The notes beneath the pieces are model-generated. The model made no database searches. It saw nothing but the letters and a program-made list of their open reading frames with translations, and was not told where the DNA came from. A stretch of 64,000 bases of DNA from Camelus dromedarius (taxonomy: Eukaryota), in assembly GCF_036321535.1 (NCBI RefSeq), contig NC_087437.1:119786001-119850000 (forward strand), written 5' to 3'. The position numbers and the translations under genes are program-made. Of this stretch, positions 47,161-60,099 are shown one piece after another (within the stretch, counting starts at the first letter, position 1; each line of letters starts with the position of its first letter).

Positions 47161-47890
47161 CAGCAGGGGCTGCTCATATCCCACCCTCTTCAGGCCCCCA
47201 TCCCAGCAGGTAGTCAGCGCTGACAGGACAGGGGTGACCCGGGGCTGCTCCATCTTCTGGGCCCTCAGAGAGACTGGCCGACCCCCTGGACCAGCTCTAC
47301 GTTTATAGCATCCCCGGCTTCTGATTGGCAGAGAGGGACAGTAAGACCGCTGGCATGGAGGGGCTTCTGTAAGCCCCCCTCAGACCCTCCTGTGGGGAGG
47401 GCACAGTGACAGAAGCACTCCCCAACCTCAGCTGGACGTCTCAGGGAAGCTCTCAGCTGCCGGGGCTCACCTTGCTTTTCTCACAGAGCGCCAGAGCTGG
47501 GAAGCCAGGGAGACGTGCCCTGGCCAGGCACAGAGCAGGTGCAGGGGCTTGGGGCTCTCCAGTCCTCAGATGTGCCCCTGCCAGCTAATAGACTTGCCAA
47601 CAAGCCACCCCCTCTCTCGCCCCATCCGTCCATCCCTCCTCTATCCCGTGAAATGAAAAGTACAAGCTTCCCCTCCCCCACTGTAGCCCGCTTCATGGGA
47701 ACCAGATAACAGGGAACAGGAAGCGTCTGCAAGGGCAGGTGGGCACTCCCTCTTATTTCATCAGTCAGCTGATGCAGGGCTCCCCCCCAGGTCCCATGAC
47801 ATCCAGGGCTGGGCACTTGGGACTGCACAGAAATTTAAAGGCCTCCCCTAAGGAAGAAAGGGCCCTCTGCTGAATTCTTCCCTTCTCCAG

Positions 47891-48046
47891 CGTGCACACA
47901 CACGTGTGCACGTGCATCCACACACAGCATGCACGTAAAGATATGTGCACACACAAACACACTTGCATGCACGCACCACACGTAAACACGCGCATACACA
48001 CACACATGCAAACAGGCATGCACATGGATACACAAACACACACACT
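47891..48046 (+). repeat. Degenerate alternating purine-pyrimidine (CA/TGCA/CACG) tract
   Basis: Directly visible. Confidence 0.85.
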
Positions 48047-49589
48047 TTTTCTACCCCGACAGAGAATTGCCAAAGATTGGCCTTTTTGACCCTTTGAAAG
48101 AGGTGGGATGTGATGGCTGTCACCATCAGAAGGGACAGTTCCTTCCCCAGAACTTCCCAAAGGTCTCCCGAGAAGCTAGCTCAGTGCCAAGTGAGTGAAA
48201 AGTGGAGGAGAGGTTCTGGAGGGTGGAGGCGAGCGCTGAGGTGCGGGCCCGGCTGTCATTGTGGGCTGAGGGGTTTCGTGGCTGAGATGCTTGAGGACTG
48301 GGTGACCCTCAGGAAAGCAGCCCTACAGGCGGCCCTGGGAGACCATGGGCACCTGCGCTGGGAGGGAGGCCTTGGCCGTGGGAGGGGCTGGATCTGAGGC
48401 TGAGCGCTGGCTCCGCCCCTTTCTGTGACCCTGCCCACCTAATCCATGGCCCCCCTGAACTGGCCTCCGGGTCGGTGCAGTGGGCAATAGCTTCTGCTTT
48501 ATAGACTCGTGCACTGTGAGAGGCCATGTGGACAGAGTGCCCGGAACACTCTGGAAAACGGTGGGTGTGATGCCTTTTCTCTGTTCGGTTCACGTCCTTT
48601 AACTGATGCAAACGGGAGGAGGCAGGCCTTGGTCCTCAGACCTCTGTCATCTCTGTGCCGTCCCATCCTGCTTCCTGACCTCGCTCTGCGCCCTCTGCCT
48701 TTCCTGCCGACACCCTTGGAGACTCTTGGCTGGACCTTTAGCCCTGGGGGAGAGCCGCGTGGTTTGGGGTTCTGAGCATGGGCTGGAAAGTCATACCCTC
48801 TCCCACCTCGCCCGCGGCACCCAGCAGCCGCGTCGGGACTTTAAATCCTTGGCCGACAGCGCCCGCAGCAACACTTCCAGTGGCTGCGGTTTCTGTTCTT
48901 AAAGTTCCAGGAGCTGGAGGAATTCTCAAAGGTCCCCACACACAGTCGGGCTCTGTCTCCCTGTTAGCCATCCCAGCTCCTCCCTGGGAAAGGTCATGGG
49001 CACATAGCCCGCGATGCTCACGAGGGGAGAGCGCTGCGGGTGGGCGGGGGCTGGAGGCAGGAGGCAAGGCAGGTGTCGGTCGTTCTGCCTGACTCCGTAG
49101 TCTTGCGGCTCCTGTGTGGTGTCTGCTCTGTCCCTCCACTTCCCGGCTCCTGGTCCTTCCGCGCTCCCCCCGGAGATGGCCCAAACAGCGAAAAAGAAGA
49201 TAACATGCTGCGCAGTGGCTTCTGCAGGTGGTGTCTGCCCCGGCAAAGCCGTCAGAAGGGACGGATGGCACGTGTCCCCTGTCTGAGGAAGGACCTGTAG
49301 TGCTAATACCGTAGGCATCTCACATGCTTAGAGAAACTGCAGCGGCTGCTGGGCGGCTGGCTCACGGCTTTCTTGGTGTGAAGGACCCTCTAGCACACAC
49401 GGTCACATCACCTGCCCAGGGCGTCCAGTGCGAGGCAGCCACGAGGATCCGGGGTCCTGGGGTCCCCTTGAAGGATCCGTGTTCTGTGCATGGGGTTTCC
49501 CGTCAGAGGCCGTGCAGAGGAGGCCCGGAGGACCGATGTGGCTTATCTTCGCAAGTCTGGGCCCTTCCTGGGTCTACACACGAGCAGGA

Positions 49590-49800
49590 TCCGGGGTGGC
49601 TGAGAGGTCGTGCCTGGATCCAGACAGCGGTCTGTCCTCAGGCCCCCACTTCCACCTGCAGGGCCTTGGGGTAGCTACCGAACCTCTGTGCCACGATTTC
49701 TCCACTGTCTCGCGGGGGTAAAGCCGCGCTGCTTGTAAGAAGCAAACCAGATGAGGCGCATCGCTTAGTCAGTTGTCCAAACAAGTGTGCTGAGCCTCTG
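49590..49800 (+). mobile_element. MIR SINE (degenerate)
   Basis: ggatccagacagc...gccttggggtagctaccgaacctctgtgccacgatttctccactgt. Confidence 0.5.
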
Positions 49801-52800
49801 CTGTGCGCTGGGAGCTGGGGTCCAGCGTGGATGTGACATTCTTGATGCTGAGGGAGGCCCGCTGAGCGGTGGCCCCTCTGGCCTGAGCCAGGCACTGGGC
49901 CTGGGCCCCAGGAAGGCCAGAGACTAAACCGCCGCTGTTTACTATTGCAGGGTGCCCGGGGACGGACAGGAGCCGGCTGGTGGGAAGGGCTGTGGTGCCG
50001 GCCACGCAGGGCCTGGTGAATAGGTTTGCCCCCTCAGGGAAGACCGGTTTTGCGGGGAAGGAGCCCTTTGCACAGACTGGGGTGACCCAGACTGGGGACG
50101 GCCAGGCACGCGGCCCCATGCAGCCCACAGCACCTCCACACGCCTGTCCCCATCACCTGTTCCCCCATCGCCATGTGGGACCTGGCACCTCCTGGCACCA
50201 GGCGAAGGAGGAGGGAGTGGGGGCGGGGAAGCCTGCCCCGAGAACCCTGATCTGGAAGCTCCTGCATCTTTTCCTTACCCCGGGGGTTTGCTGTTTCTTT
50301 CCTCAGGTCCCCTGACCTCGAAACCTTCTCCTTTCTCGCACCCATGTGCAGAGAAAGCCTGGGCTCAGCTGGGCTGCCTGGGGTGTGCCTGGACGACTCG
50401 TTTGGCATCAGGGAGCTTGAGGGGCCCCTGCCTGGCCGCACATCCGGGCGTGGGTTTGCTCACCATCCACACAAGGCTGAGTGAGGCCTTTGTGGGATCC
50501 CTGGCCTGGCCTCGGGCTTGGGTTTGGTGAGAAGCCTCATCTGGGCAGGAATGACCATCCTGGAATTTGTAAGTCCCTTTGAAAGGGACCAGCTCTGCTG
50601 GTGTAGTTCCCGGGCCCAGCAGCTCCCTGCGGGATGGCCCCTCATCATGTCACCCTGCTGGGACCCCCTCGGCCACTCCGATCGGCCGCGTCTTTGTCCC
50701 GGCTTCGCTCTGCAGCTGGAGCCCAGACTTTGTTAGGTGAACAGCCACTGAAGTTCTGCTAAGTTGTTTCTGCTCCAAAACAACGAAGCCAATGAGAAAA
50801 ACCTGTAAAGGAGGAGCAGGAAGCGCGCCGGGCAGTTGTTATGCCACCATCAGAGGACACTTCTGCTGTTCTGACCGTCCCCAGTGGCTCCTCGTGGCCC
50901 CCCCACCTGTGACTGCTCCCCCTCGCCCCTGGGGCTCAGCCCCGTGTGCCGGGCGCTCAGCCTGGCCCTGTTGCCACCTGGGACCCCGGGTCGTGCAGAG
51001 ACTCCTCGGAGGCCAGCATGCAGCCCCTGTGGGCCTGTGGGGCCCAGGCCCTCCACGCCCACCCCCTGGGACACCCCCGGCGGCTTAGGACCTCCTCCCT
51101 GCGCCGCTCACCCTGTGCCCCGCCCTGTGCCCTCTGAGGGCTGCCGGGCCGCTCTGCCGGCGCGCCTGCCTTTGGCGCAGACACAAGCTGGCTTTTCCAG
51201 CTGCCTGCTCTTCTCCAGCGCAGTCCTGTATTCTGTTTGCCTAAGGGTACAGCTGCCCCGGTTTTGTCCAGTGCGGTCAATGTGGGACCTCGAGTCCCCA
51301 CCCCGGCTCCTGGAATGCTTTCCCCCTCCTGGGATACGTCTGTCTGGCCGCCTGGCAAAGCCCAGTAGAGGTTCCCTTCCCCTCCACCCCGGTGTGGGGC
51401 CCTGCTTTACCCCCAACTTGGAGCATCTTCTCCTGCCAACTGGAAGGGCCCTTGCTCATTAACACGGGGGCACCCTCCCTGGCCAGGCAGGCCCTCTGAG
51501 TTTTCTGGGCTGCTCTCCGCTGCTTTTGCCACTGCCGGGGGGACAGAGGGCCCTCATGTGCCCTCCGGGGTCCCAGCAAAGCCGTTTCTCTTCCTTTAAT
51601 GTTTGCAACGTAAGACCCTTCAGCAGAGACTGAACTGGTACCACAAGCTAACTGCAACCAAGGGAAGATGGAAAAGGGGTCATCCCACACCCTTTGGGGG
51701 TCTCCAGCGTAAGAGGAGGTGAGCAGGGAGTGACGGGGAGGGGGCCCGACCCCCCACTTGCGATGACCGTCCGGCTCCAGCTGGGTCAGCACTGGGCTCT
51801 GAAAATGAGTGAGTGTCTGAGTTTTCAGTCTTTTCCAACAAGCGTGCCGGCCACTGGAGCACACCAGCCCGGCTGCCTGAGCTCTGGGAAGCGTGGCCTC
51901 TCCCAGGCCCAGCCTGAGGCCACTGGGAAGGCAGGAGGCTGCTGGCCTCCCTCCTCCTTCCCGCTTGCTGTGGTCTGAAGGCCTGTCCAAGCGGACACTT
52001 TCTGACATCTGGAGGCCCCAGGAGGGGGAGGGCTGGAGGCCTGAACCCTGCTCGCGTTGTCAGGGTTGACGGATACCGACAGGGAGGCCTTGCAGATGAA
52101 GTGCAGGAGGGGCTGGGGCTGCTCGCGGCGGGCACGTGGAGGGCTGGGGGCCGCGGTGCTGGGACAGACAGCCTCATGGTGCCCGGCTCTGCCACTTGGC
52201 AGCTGAGACACCCGAGGGGTGTCACCTTCTCCTCGTGAAGTGGGTGCAGTGGTGGTGCCCCCCATGGGGTGAGGCAGACGGCGCTGAGTAACATGCAGAA
52301 AGGCCCCTGGGCAGAGCTGGCCGCTGGGGAGGCTCAGTAAGCGTGTCCTGTCCCCCTGCCTCCCCTCACCCTGGACCTGTCCACTCGGAAGCTCTGGAAG
52401 AAACCATGGCAGTGCCTTAGGGTCCTTGGTTTCACATCTCACTGCGCCCAGTGTGACTCTGAGCAAGCAACCACAAAGAGGGGGCGACACCAGGGCCCCG
52501 AGGCCCCAAGGCCCACTGCCCGAGGCACCTCTTTCTCCAGCCCAGCCGAGGTGACACCTTTCGGCAGCAGAGTCACTTCATACCCTGAGCGAGGGCCCCA
52601 TGTCCTCACCAGAGCCCTGTGGGCCGAGAGGACGCCTGGCCTCAGGACCGTGCAGAATACAGCTCTGGTCGCCAGGGATGGAAAGCAAAGGGTCCTGGGA
52701 ACCGACATGCTGCTCAAAGATGAAAGGGACGCCGGTGACGGGCCGGGCAGGGCCGGGCAGTGGGCGGCCAGGGCTGGGGGGCCGGAAGCCCTGGGTCACC

Positions 52801-53637
52801 GCCGGCCGGCTCCTGGGTTTGCCATCTGGGGTGGGAGGCACGTTCCCCGCCCTGGCCTCTCCCATCACAAGCGGCACAAGCTGAACCATCTTCATCCTGT
52901 CACTGGCCCCACCCCCCGTGGGGACCCAGCAGGTCGCTTTCCTGGGGTGACAAAAGTCTTTGGCAAGAAGGGCTAAGAGGGTCCCCTCGGGTGTCCACAT
53001 CAACAAGACAGCAGCAGCCCAGCCCTGGCCCAGGGAAGGATGTCCCCCTGCTCCCCCTCCCCCCTCGGCCAGGCAGAGCCTCGGGCTGCAGCCTGGGGGC
53101 CGCTTGCAGCCAGTGCGGGTTCCCGGGGCGGCCCAGGGCGCGAGGGGCTGAGGTGGACCTGCAGCATCTTAGCTCAGCAGGCCATTTCTTTCTACTTTTG
53201 TGGTTAAGTGTTTGCGTTTCCAGGGTTATGAATCTTTGTGAGAAGAAAGGCTCTGCGATGACGCATGCTTAGAGGCCCCGCTGCGCCAGCATGAAAAGGG
53301 CCTGCGTCTCTCCCTGCCTCCTAGGGTCACAGTCGTGCTGGGGGTCCCTGTGCCAATGCCTTCGCTGCCTTGGGGGTGGCTCCAAATGTTTTCAACCTCA
53401 AAAACACAAATCTTTGCAGTTGACGATGTGGTAATTCACCTTGGCCCCCCCCCCGCCCGCCTGTCACCCCTGTTACCCCCACCAGGGACCACATCTCCTC
53501 TGTTCCCAAACTCATCGCCCAGTGGGAGCGTTTGCCTGCACAGAAATGCACAGCCGCCTGAAAACTGGGTCTGAACACAGTTAAGAAGAGCCAAGGTGTC
53601 TTGTTCAGTTGGCGTTAGATTCCCTGCCTCACATTTC

Positions 53638-54072
53638 TTTTTTAATTTTTAAAAATTGTAGTAAAATACACGGAAGATAACATTTTACCATCTTAACCAT
53701 TTCTGAGTGCCCAGCTCAGCAGGATTAACACATTCGCATTGTTGTGTGGCCATCACCACCGTCCGTCTCCAAAGCTTTCTCATGGTCCCAGCTGAAACAG
53801 TCCCCTCAAACATCCAGTCCCCTTGCCCTCGCTGCCCTGCCCCCACCCACCGTGTCCTTCCTGCCTCTCTGAATTTGCCTGCTCTAGGCACCTCCTGTAG
53901 GTGGACTTACACAGTGTTTGTATTTTGCGACTGGCTTATTCCACGGAGCACGATGTCCTCTAGGTTTGTCCCTGTTGTGAATGCGTCAGAACGTCCTTCC
54001 TTTTCAAGGCCGGATAATATTGCATTGTGTGCATAGACCACAATCTGCTGTTGCATTTACCAGTCATTGGTG
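53638..54072 (-). mobile_element. L1MB-like 3' end
   Basis: aattgtagtaaaatacac...ttttaccatcttaaccatttctgagtg...acattcgcattgttgtgtggccatcaccacc...tttgcgactggcttattccac...ccttccttttcaaggccggataatattgcattgtgtgcatagaccaca. Confidence 0.85.
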
Positions 54073-54309
54073 TTCATTTATCAGTGAATCTGCCCGCTGT
54101 CTTTAAAGCTCAATCGTATCCACTCTTATCTCGGTTTGCAAAGCGTGCGTAGTTCTGATGCAATGGTGGATTATTGTGTCTTCTGAAAAACTGTGCTCCA
54201 TGGAACTCTCCCCCAGTTTCCCGGGCCTGGTTGTGTTCATCGAGGGCGGCTGTGTGTGGTGTGGTCGCTGAAGGGTGACGTACCACGGGTGGGGAGAGGA
54301 GTAACCTGT

Positions 54310-54515
54310 TCAGGGAAGACAGATGCTTTTCAGAGTCACTCGCACAGTCTGTTTACCGTCAGCACAGAGTCACGGTGGAGAGCGCCGTGCCTCGGTGTCT
54401 CCGTCTGTGAAGTGAGGGGAAGTGAGCGTGGCTGTGATTAAATTCCAGAATGTGTGTCCCATGCTTAAACGGGCTGACGCATGGTGAGCATTCCGTAAGG
54501 TTGTGTTATTTTTGT
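54310..54515 (+). mobile_element. MIR SINE (degenerate)
   Basis: gtgcctcggtgtctccgtctgtgaagtgagggg core and a 3' tail-like catggtgagcattccgtaaggttgtgttatt. Confidence 0.55.
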
Positions 54516-56401
54516 TTGTTATGTATCCATGTCATGGACTCAGGGCCGCCATGAAGGAAAGTGGCCACCAGCCCTCTGATCACCGCCAAGCTGCAGGCTC
54601 CGGGTGAGCAGGCAGTGTCCAGGTGGGGCCGGGCATCCCCGGGGCCAGTTGATTCCTTCTGTAAGCAGGACGGTTAGCAGAGCCTAGTGATTCAGGCCGC
54701 CTTTACCCTCACGGCTTCTGCCTGGGGGATTTTTTTTGTTTTGCTTTTACAGCCTTACAAATAACAGGAAAAAAGAGGCAGTGTATTTGATGTGATCATC
54801 TAGAGATCCTCCATCGTCTCCCCACCTGCAGTTGACATTTGCAAGAACAGCTAACCCGGAGCATCCTTACTTGTTATGTAAAGGCTGGCTGTCGCCAGAA
54901 GCAGGCGGGTGTGGCTGGTGGCTCTTCTGGAGCCCGTCTGCTGCTCAAGTCATTACCGAAGTGCTTTGAGGAGCAGCCCCCAAAATGTTTTTGCCCAGTT
55001 GTATTATATAAGGTGGGGAAACCTTGATGTGGGCGGTGCTTAAAGGTTCGAAATTAATGGCTATACATACTCTGAAATCTCTCAATGAAGCTTCTTATGT
55101 AAGCCTCAGCTGTCACTATTAATAACAGAAACCCCAGAGCTTAGAACAAACACAAGAAGCACTGGAACGTGAGTGCAGAGATGGCCAGTGACCGCCTGGC
55201 TTCAGACGCCCCCCGGGGCTCTCAGGGCGCGCAGCTGTGGTCCAGCCTGTATCTGAGACCCGTTTTGCTTGTGGTGCTTTGAAGGCTGAGCTCCAAAGAG
55301 CAGAGATGGGAGACGGCATCTGTGTCCTCCTGGCAGAGCGGCCCGGGATGCTCCAGGGGGTGAGGGTCGGGACAGGTACTGCCGGAGGCTGTAAAGAGGG
55401 GAGTGGTGGGTTTCCTCCGATCATGCTGGGTGGCGCTGAAAAGGTGGATGAGGTGGGTCACAGCCTCGGGAACTGAGAGGACACACATGTGCAGGTGACA
55501 CGTGGGTGATGGTGGAGCAGAGCCCGTGGTGACCAGGTGGGCAGAGGGCAAAGGCAGCCCTTCTCAGAGTCAGAACCAGGCGCCTGAGGGATCAAGCCCT
55601 GATCATCGTGGCGCGATGCCAAGGACTCCCGTGAGCGCACATGGCGGGCGGGGCTGCGTGCACCGGTGGACACAGCTGATGTTCTGACCTGCGGAAACGT
55701 TGATCCCCCTGCACCTGCTGCCCCCCACTCCCTGCACCCCCACATTTCACTCAGAATGCAGCCAGGTGCCCAGCCTCCCACCTTACTTTTTCCACCTAGT
55801 CTGTGCGCAGCCTCTCCCCTCCCAGGCCTTTCCCCAAAGCCCAGGGCCTCTCTAGGAATGGGGCCTGGGTCTCTCGGGTGCGGTGCTGGAGCAGTGAGGC
55901 TGCTGCCTGGGTGCCAGGCACCCTCTGGGTCTGGGGTTTCTGATTTGGTCTCCTTCCCCCTGTGAACCTTCCGCATGTGCTTCAGAGGGACCAGTCAGGC
56001 AGCCCCGAGAGGATGCCCTTGGCCCCTCGAAGCTTCCAGGTCCCTCTGAAGAGCTAGGCTTGGCTTCTGGAAGAAGGAACCATGGGTTTCGCAGCTTTCA
56101 GCCAACGGCTTTGAGCCTCAGGCAGCAAACTAAAAGTGGTGCACCCGGGAGGGATTGTTTGGCTCGGCGCAGAGGCTGCGCGGGCAACGCTGCCCCGCAT
56201 GCTGGGTGACACGGGACAGTGCTGGGCTCAGCGCGGACCTGGAGACACTGCGCCTGGCTGCTGTTACATCTCGGGGCTCCAAGGGCATTGAGCGGTCATA
56301 CCGATCTTTGGGGGACTTGTAGCAGCCGCAGACGAGGCCGAGGGGCTTTATCCTGGCGGTGGACGCCGGCCTCGGTGTGGGTAAGGGGAGGGATGGTGGA
56401 C

Positions 56402-56436
56402 GGGGCGGCAGGCGGGCGGCAGGCGGGCGGCAGGCG
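56402..56436 (+). repeat. 11-bp repeat ggcggcaggcg x3
   Basis: Directly visible. Confidence 0.85.
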
Positions 56437-56751
56437 TGGACCCACTCCAGGCCCCGTCGCCCACAGTCGGAGACATTTCTTTTCTGGCAGGAAAACTGCT
56501 CAGTTTTGCTAATGAAATTTCAAGCAATAAAAAGGAAAGGAAAAACAGGAGGCAGTGGGGAGGAAGGCAGGCCTCCTCCCCCTGCAGATGGAAGCTTCTC
56601 GGCTCCCCGGTCCTCACAGCCAGCTCTGCCCAGCAGCCTTTCTCCCACGTCCGACTTACACACTCTGGGCCACTGTTCACCAGGGCGCCTGTGTGAGGGC
56701 CTGGGTTCCTCTGAGTCCCTCATGGCACCTTGTCCTGCCCCAGTTCATCAC

Positions 56752-57192
56752 TGTCTGGGGTTGAATTGTGTCCACCCCCAAAGGCATGTCCACGTCCCAA
56801 CACTCGGTACCTGTGAGCGGGACCGGGTTTGGAAATACGGTCTTCTTAGCCGTGATCAAGGTGAGAGGCGGTCGTGCTGCTAGAGGATGGGCCGTTATCC
56901 CACGTGACTGTGTCCTGTAAGAAGAGGGACATTGGCTCCAGCAGAGAGCAGAAGCCGTGGAGACAGAGGAGGCCACCAAGGCAGAGGCAGGGCTTGGGCT
57001 GATGCAGCCACAGCCCGGGAACACAGGGGCCGCTGGCAACCACCAGAAGCTGGAGAGACGCAGGAAAGACCCACACCTGCCACCCCGGGAGTTCAGGCTT
57101 CCAGCCTCCAGAACTGTTAGGGGGTAAAGGTCTGCTGTTTCCAGCGCCCAGTCTGTGGTACTTTGTTACGGCCACCTCAGGGCACTCAGACA
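56752..57192 (+). mobile_element. MLT1C-like MaLR solo LTR
   Basis: tgtctggggttgaattgtgtccaccccc...tttggaaatacggtctt...ggcaaccaccagaagctggagag...cttccagcctccagaactgt...ccagtctgtggtactttgttacggc...cactcagaca. Confidence 0.85.
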
Positions 57193-58416
57193 GTGGCCTC
57201 GTGTTGACTTAGTTACCTCCTTAAAGAGTCTGTCTCCAAATACCGCCCCCCCAGAGGCCTTGACTTGTCTCTGAAAAGGGCTGAGCCTGCCTGGAGCCCT
57301 CACACTTCCTTTTCGGACACTTGCTCACCAGGACGGCGGAGCTCTCTGGCCTGAGCCGGAGCGGGCCCTTCCCGCCTCCCGGGCCACGCCTCCTCTCACG
57401 TGGTTTCTTCTCCGTCTGGTCCCCGTGCCCGCCCGACTGCCACCACCTCCCCTCCCACCTGGAACGGGGCGGCGGGACGCGTGTCGGGAGGAGGTTCCCG
57501 GATGCTCCCCGAGGGGCTGTGGCCCCGGGTCCTCCCCGCACCTCCCTCCCTCCGCGGGCGCCCAGGAGCCCTGACCCCAGGGTGGGTGGCGCGGGGCCAC
57601 GCTTGGAGTCCTGATGCAGCAGAGCCAAGGCAGATCGGGAGAAGGGGGCGGGGGTTCAGCAGAAGAGCGGGGCAAGGACCCTGAGAGGGGAGAGGCGAGG
57701 GTCGCGGATCAAGAGCTGCCTCTTCCTGGGATTCCATCTCAAGAAGTAAAGCAGATTGGAATCCGAGAGACACCTTCGGAAATGTCCTCGCGTGAAGCAG
57801 TCCGCCGAGTCGATCTCCATCTTCGATTCTCCCGGCTCCTGGCTTTTTGCATCTCCAGTCCCCTGTGATCCACTATTTATAGCAGTGGAGCTGGGCCTCA
57901 GACACCAGAAGTGGAAAAAAAAAAAAAACCAAGTGACCCAGAAAGATGACAGGAGCGGTGAGGGGGTCAGCCACGACGAATGAGGAGGCCGCCACAGACG
58001 CCGGCGGGAGGTGGGCCCCGAGATCCCGCGGAGCCTTGAGGCAGCCCGGAGCCTGAGCTGGGCGGGCATTTGCACAGTCTGGGGTGCTGCCTCCTGCCCA
58101 CCGAACATCCCACCTGGGGCAGGAGTCCCCACGGCTGCCAGAGCCCACTCCCCTCCAGCCTCCCTCCTCCCAGGCCCCCAGGCCCACAGCAGCTCGTAGG
58201 GGAGGCTGGGTGAGCAGGCAGCCTTTCCCTGCTCCTGAGGCCTCAGTGTCTCCTCTCTTTAACCCATCCCTCCCAGGCCCCGTCCCTCCCTGGCCTCATC
58301 CTCCTCGGCCCCGCTGCACAGTTTGGTCCCAGTCACGTATACACTCCCTTCTCACGGCATCAAGGACTTCTGTTCCCTGCAAAACAGATCCAGCCTTCTC
58401 AGCATGGAGGTCAAGG

Positions 58417-59545
58417 GTCTGTTAGCGGCCGGGGCTGCTGTGACAAATCGCGACAAACAGCATGACCTCAAACAACAGAAATGTATTCTGTCGCAGCTCT
58501 GAAAACCAGAAGTCCCACATCCCATCTCCCTGGGGTCAGAGCCAAGGTGCCGGCAGAGGCTCCCTTCCTCTAGAGTGTCTAGGGGAGGATCCGTTCCTGC
58601 TCCTTCCAGCTCTGGGGCACCAGCAGGCCTGGGCTTGTGGCTGCATCCCTCCAGCCTTTAAGGCCGGCACCTTCCAGTCTCACTCTGCCTTGTCTTCACG
58701 TCACTCCCTCCTCCATGTCTCGTCAGCTCTCCCTCTGCCTCCCTTGTGATCCTGTGACTTCATTTAGGGCCCACCTGGGTAATCCGGGGTGATCTCAAGA
58801 TTCTAATTGAAGTATAGTCGGTTTACTATGTTGTGTTAATTTCTGGTGTGCAGCATAGCGATTCAGTTATATATATATATATTCTTTTTCATATTTTTTG
58901 TCATTATAGGCTATCACAAGCTCTTCAATATAGTTCCCTGTGCTGTACAGTAAGACTTTGTTGTTTATTTTATATATGGAAGTTAGTAGCTGAAAATCCA
59001 AAACTCCCAATTTATCCCTGCACCCTCCTCCTTTCCCCCAGTAACTGTAAGTTTATTTTCTATGTCCGTGAGTCTGTTTCTGTTTTATAAATGACTTCAT
59101 TTGTGTTACTATTTTTAGATTCCATGTATAAGTGATATCATGTGATATTTGTCTTTCTCTGTCTGACTTACTTCTCTTAGAATGACAATCTCTAGGTCCA
59201 TCCATGTTGCTGCAAATGGCATTATTTCATTCTTTTTTATGGCTGAGTAGTATTCCATTGTATAAATATACCACAGTTTCTTTATCCAGTCATCTGGTGT
59301 TGGACATTTAGGCTGCTTCCATGTCTTGGCTGTCATAAATAGCGCTGCTGTGAACATTGGGGTGCAGGTGTCTCTTTGGATTAGAGTTTCCTCTGGATGT
59401 GTGCCCAGGGGTGGGACTTCTGGGTCAGGAGCCTTAATGTAATCACACCTGCAGAGACGTTGCCCCCCTGAGGAGGCCGTGCTCCCAAGCGCCCGGGTTA
59501 GGGTGTGGGGATTAGCGAGAGATGGGGCACTATTCAGGGACCATG
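58417..59545 (-). mobile_element. MLT1D-like MaLR LTR split by an L1 insertion (LTR parts 58417-58800 and 59428-59545)
   Basis: ggggctgctgtgacaaat...aaacaacagaaatgtattctgtcgcagctctg...gggcccacctgggtaatccggggtgatctcaagat, interrupted by the L1, then resuming ccttaatgtaatcacacctgcagaga. Confidence 0.8.
58801..59427 (-). mobile_element. Younger 5'-truncated LINE-1 (ORF2 C-terminus plus 3' UTR)
   Basis: Minus frame reads [76 protein letters not shown]..., the canonical L1 ORF2p C-terminus. Stop at 59115-59117, followed by the 3' UTR. Confidence 0.95.
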
Positions 59546-60099
59546 GGGCTGTAGCCACTTGGTTGTAAACGTGCTCTGGCCGCAGCTTGCGCCACGTTCC
59601 CTCAGCTGCACAGGCTGCTCTCACGTGGTCGCTGTGCCCTAAACCCAGCAGGACAGTGGGTCTGGAGCGCGGGTGGGACAGAGTGAGGGGCTCGCCCTTC
59701 CCTTCACCTTCAGCCCGAGGCCCCTGCTCCCGCGGCCCCCCACCCCTCCAGGGCAGCACTCTTTCACAGAGGTGCCCCGTCTGCCTTTGTTCTCCCGTGT
59801 GCTGTGGACATCGCCAGCTCCTCGGCCGCCCGCTACACATAATGGGGTCGGGGGCCCTTAGGTACCTCTCGACTCCCTGGCCAGAGCTTGCTGTGCATTT
59901 TGGTTGAATTAACCCAGGCCCCGTTTGGCAAACGTGCCTCTCAGCCCCTTTCACCTGACAGACATTCCTGGAGGGCGCCCTGTGCGCTGGACCCAAGAGA
60001 AAGTACGTAATGGAGAGAGGTGAATCTCGGGGACCCTGGTGGGCTTCAGGTCATCCCACCGCCCCTGGCCCCCTAGTCCCTCGGTTGCTTATCCAGCGG

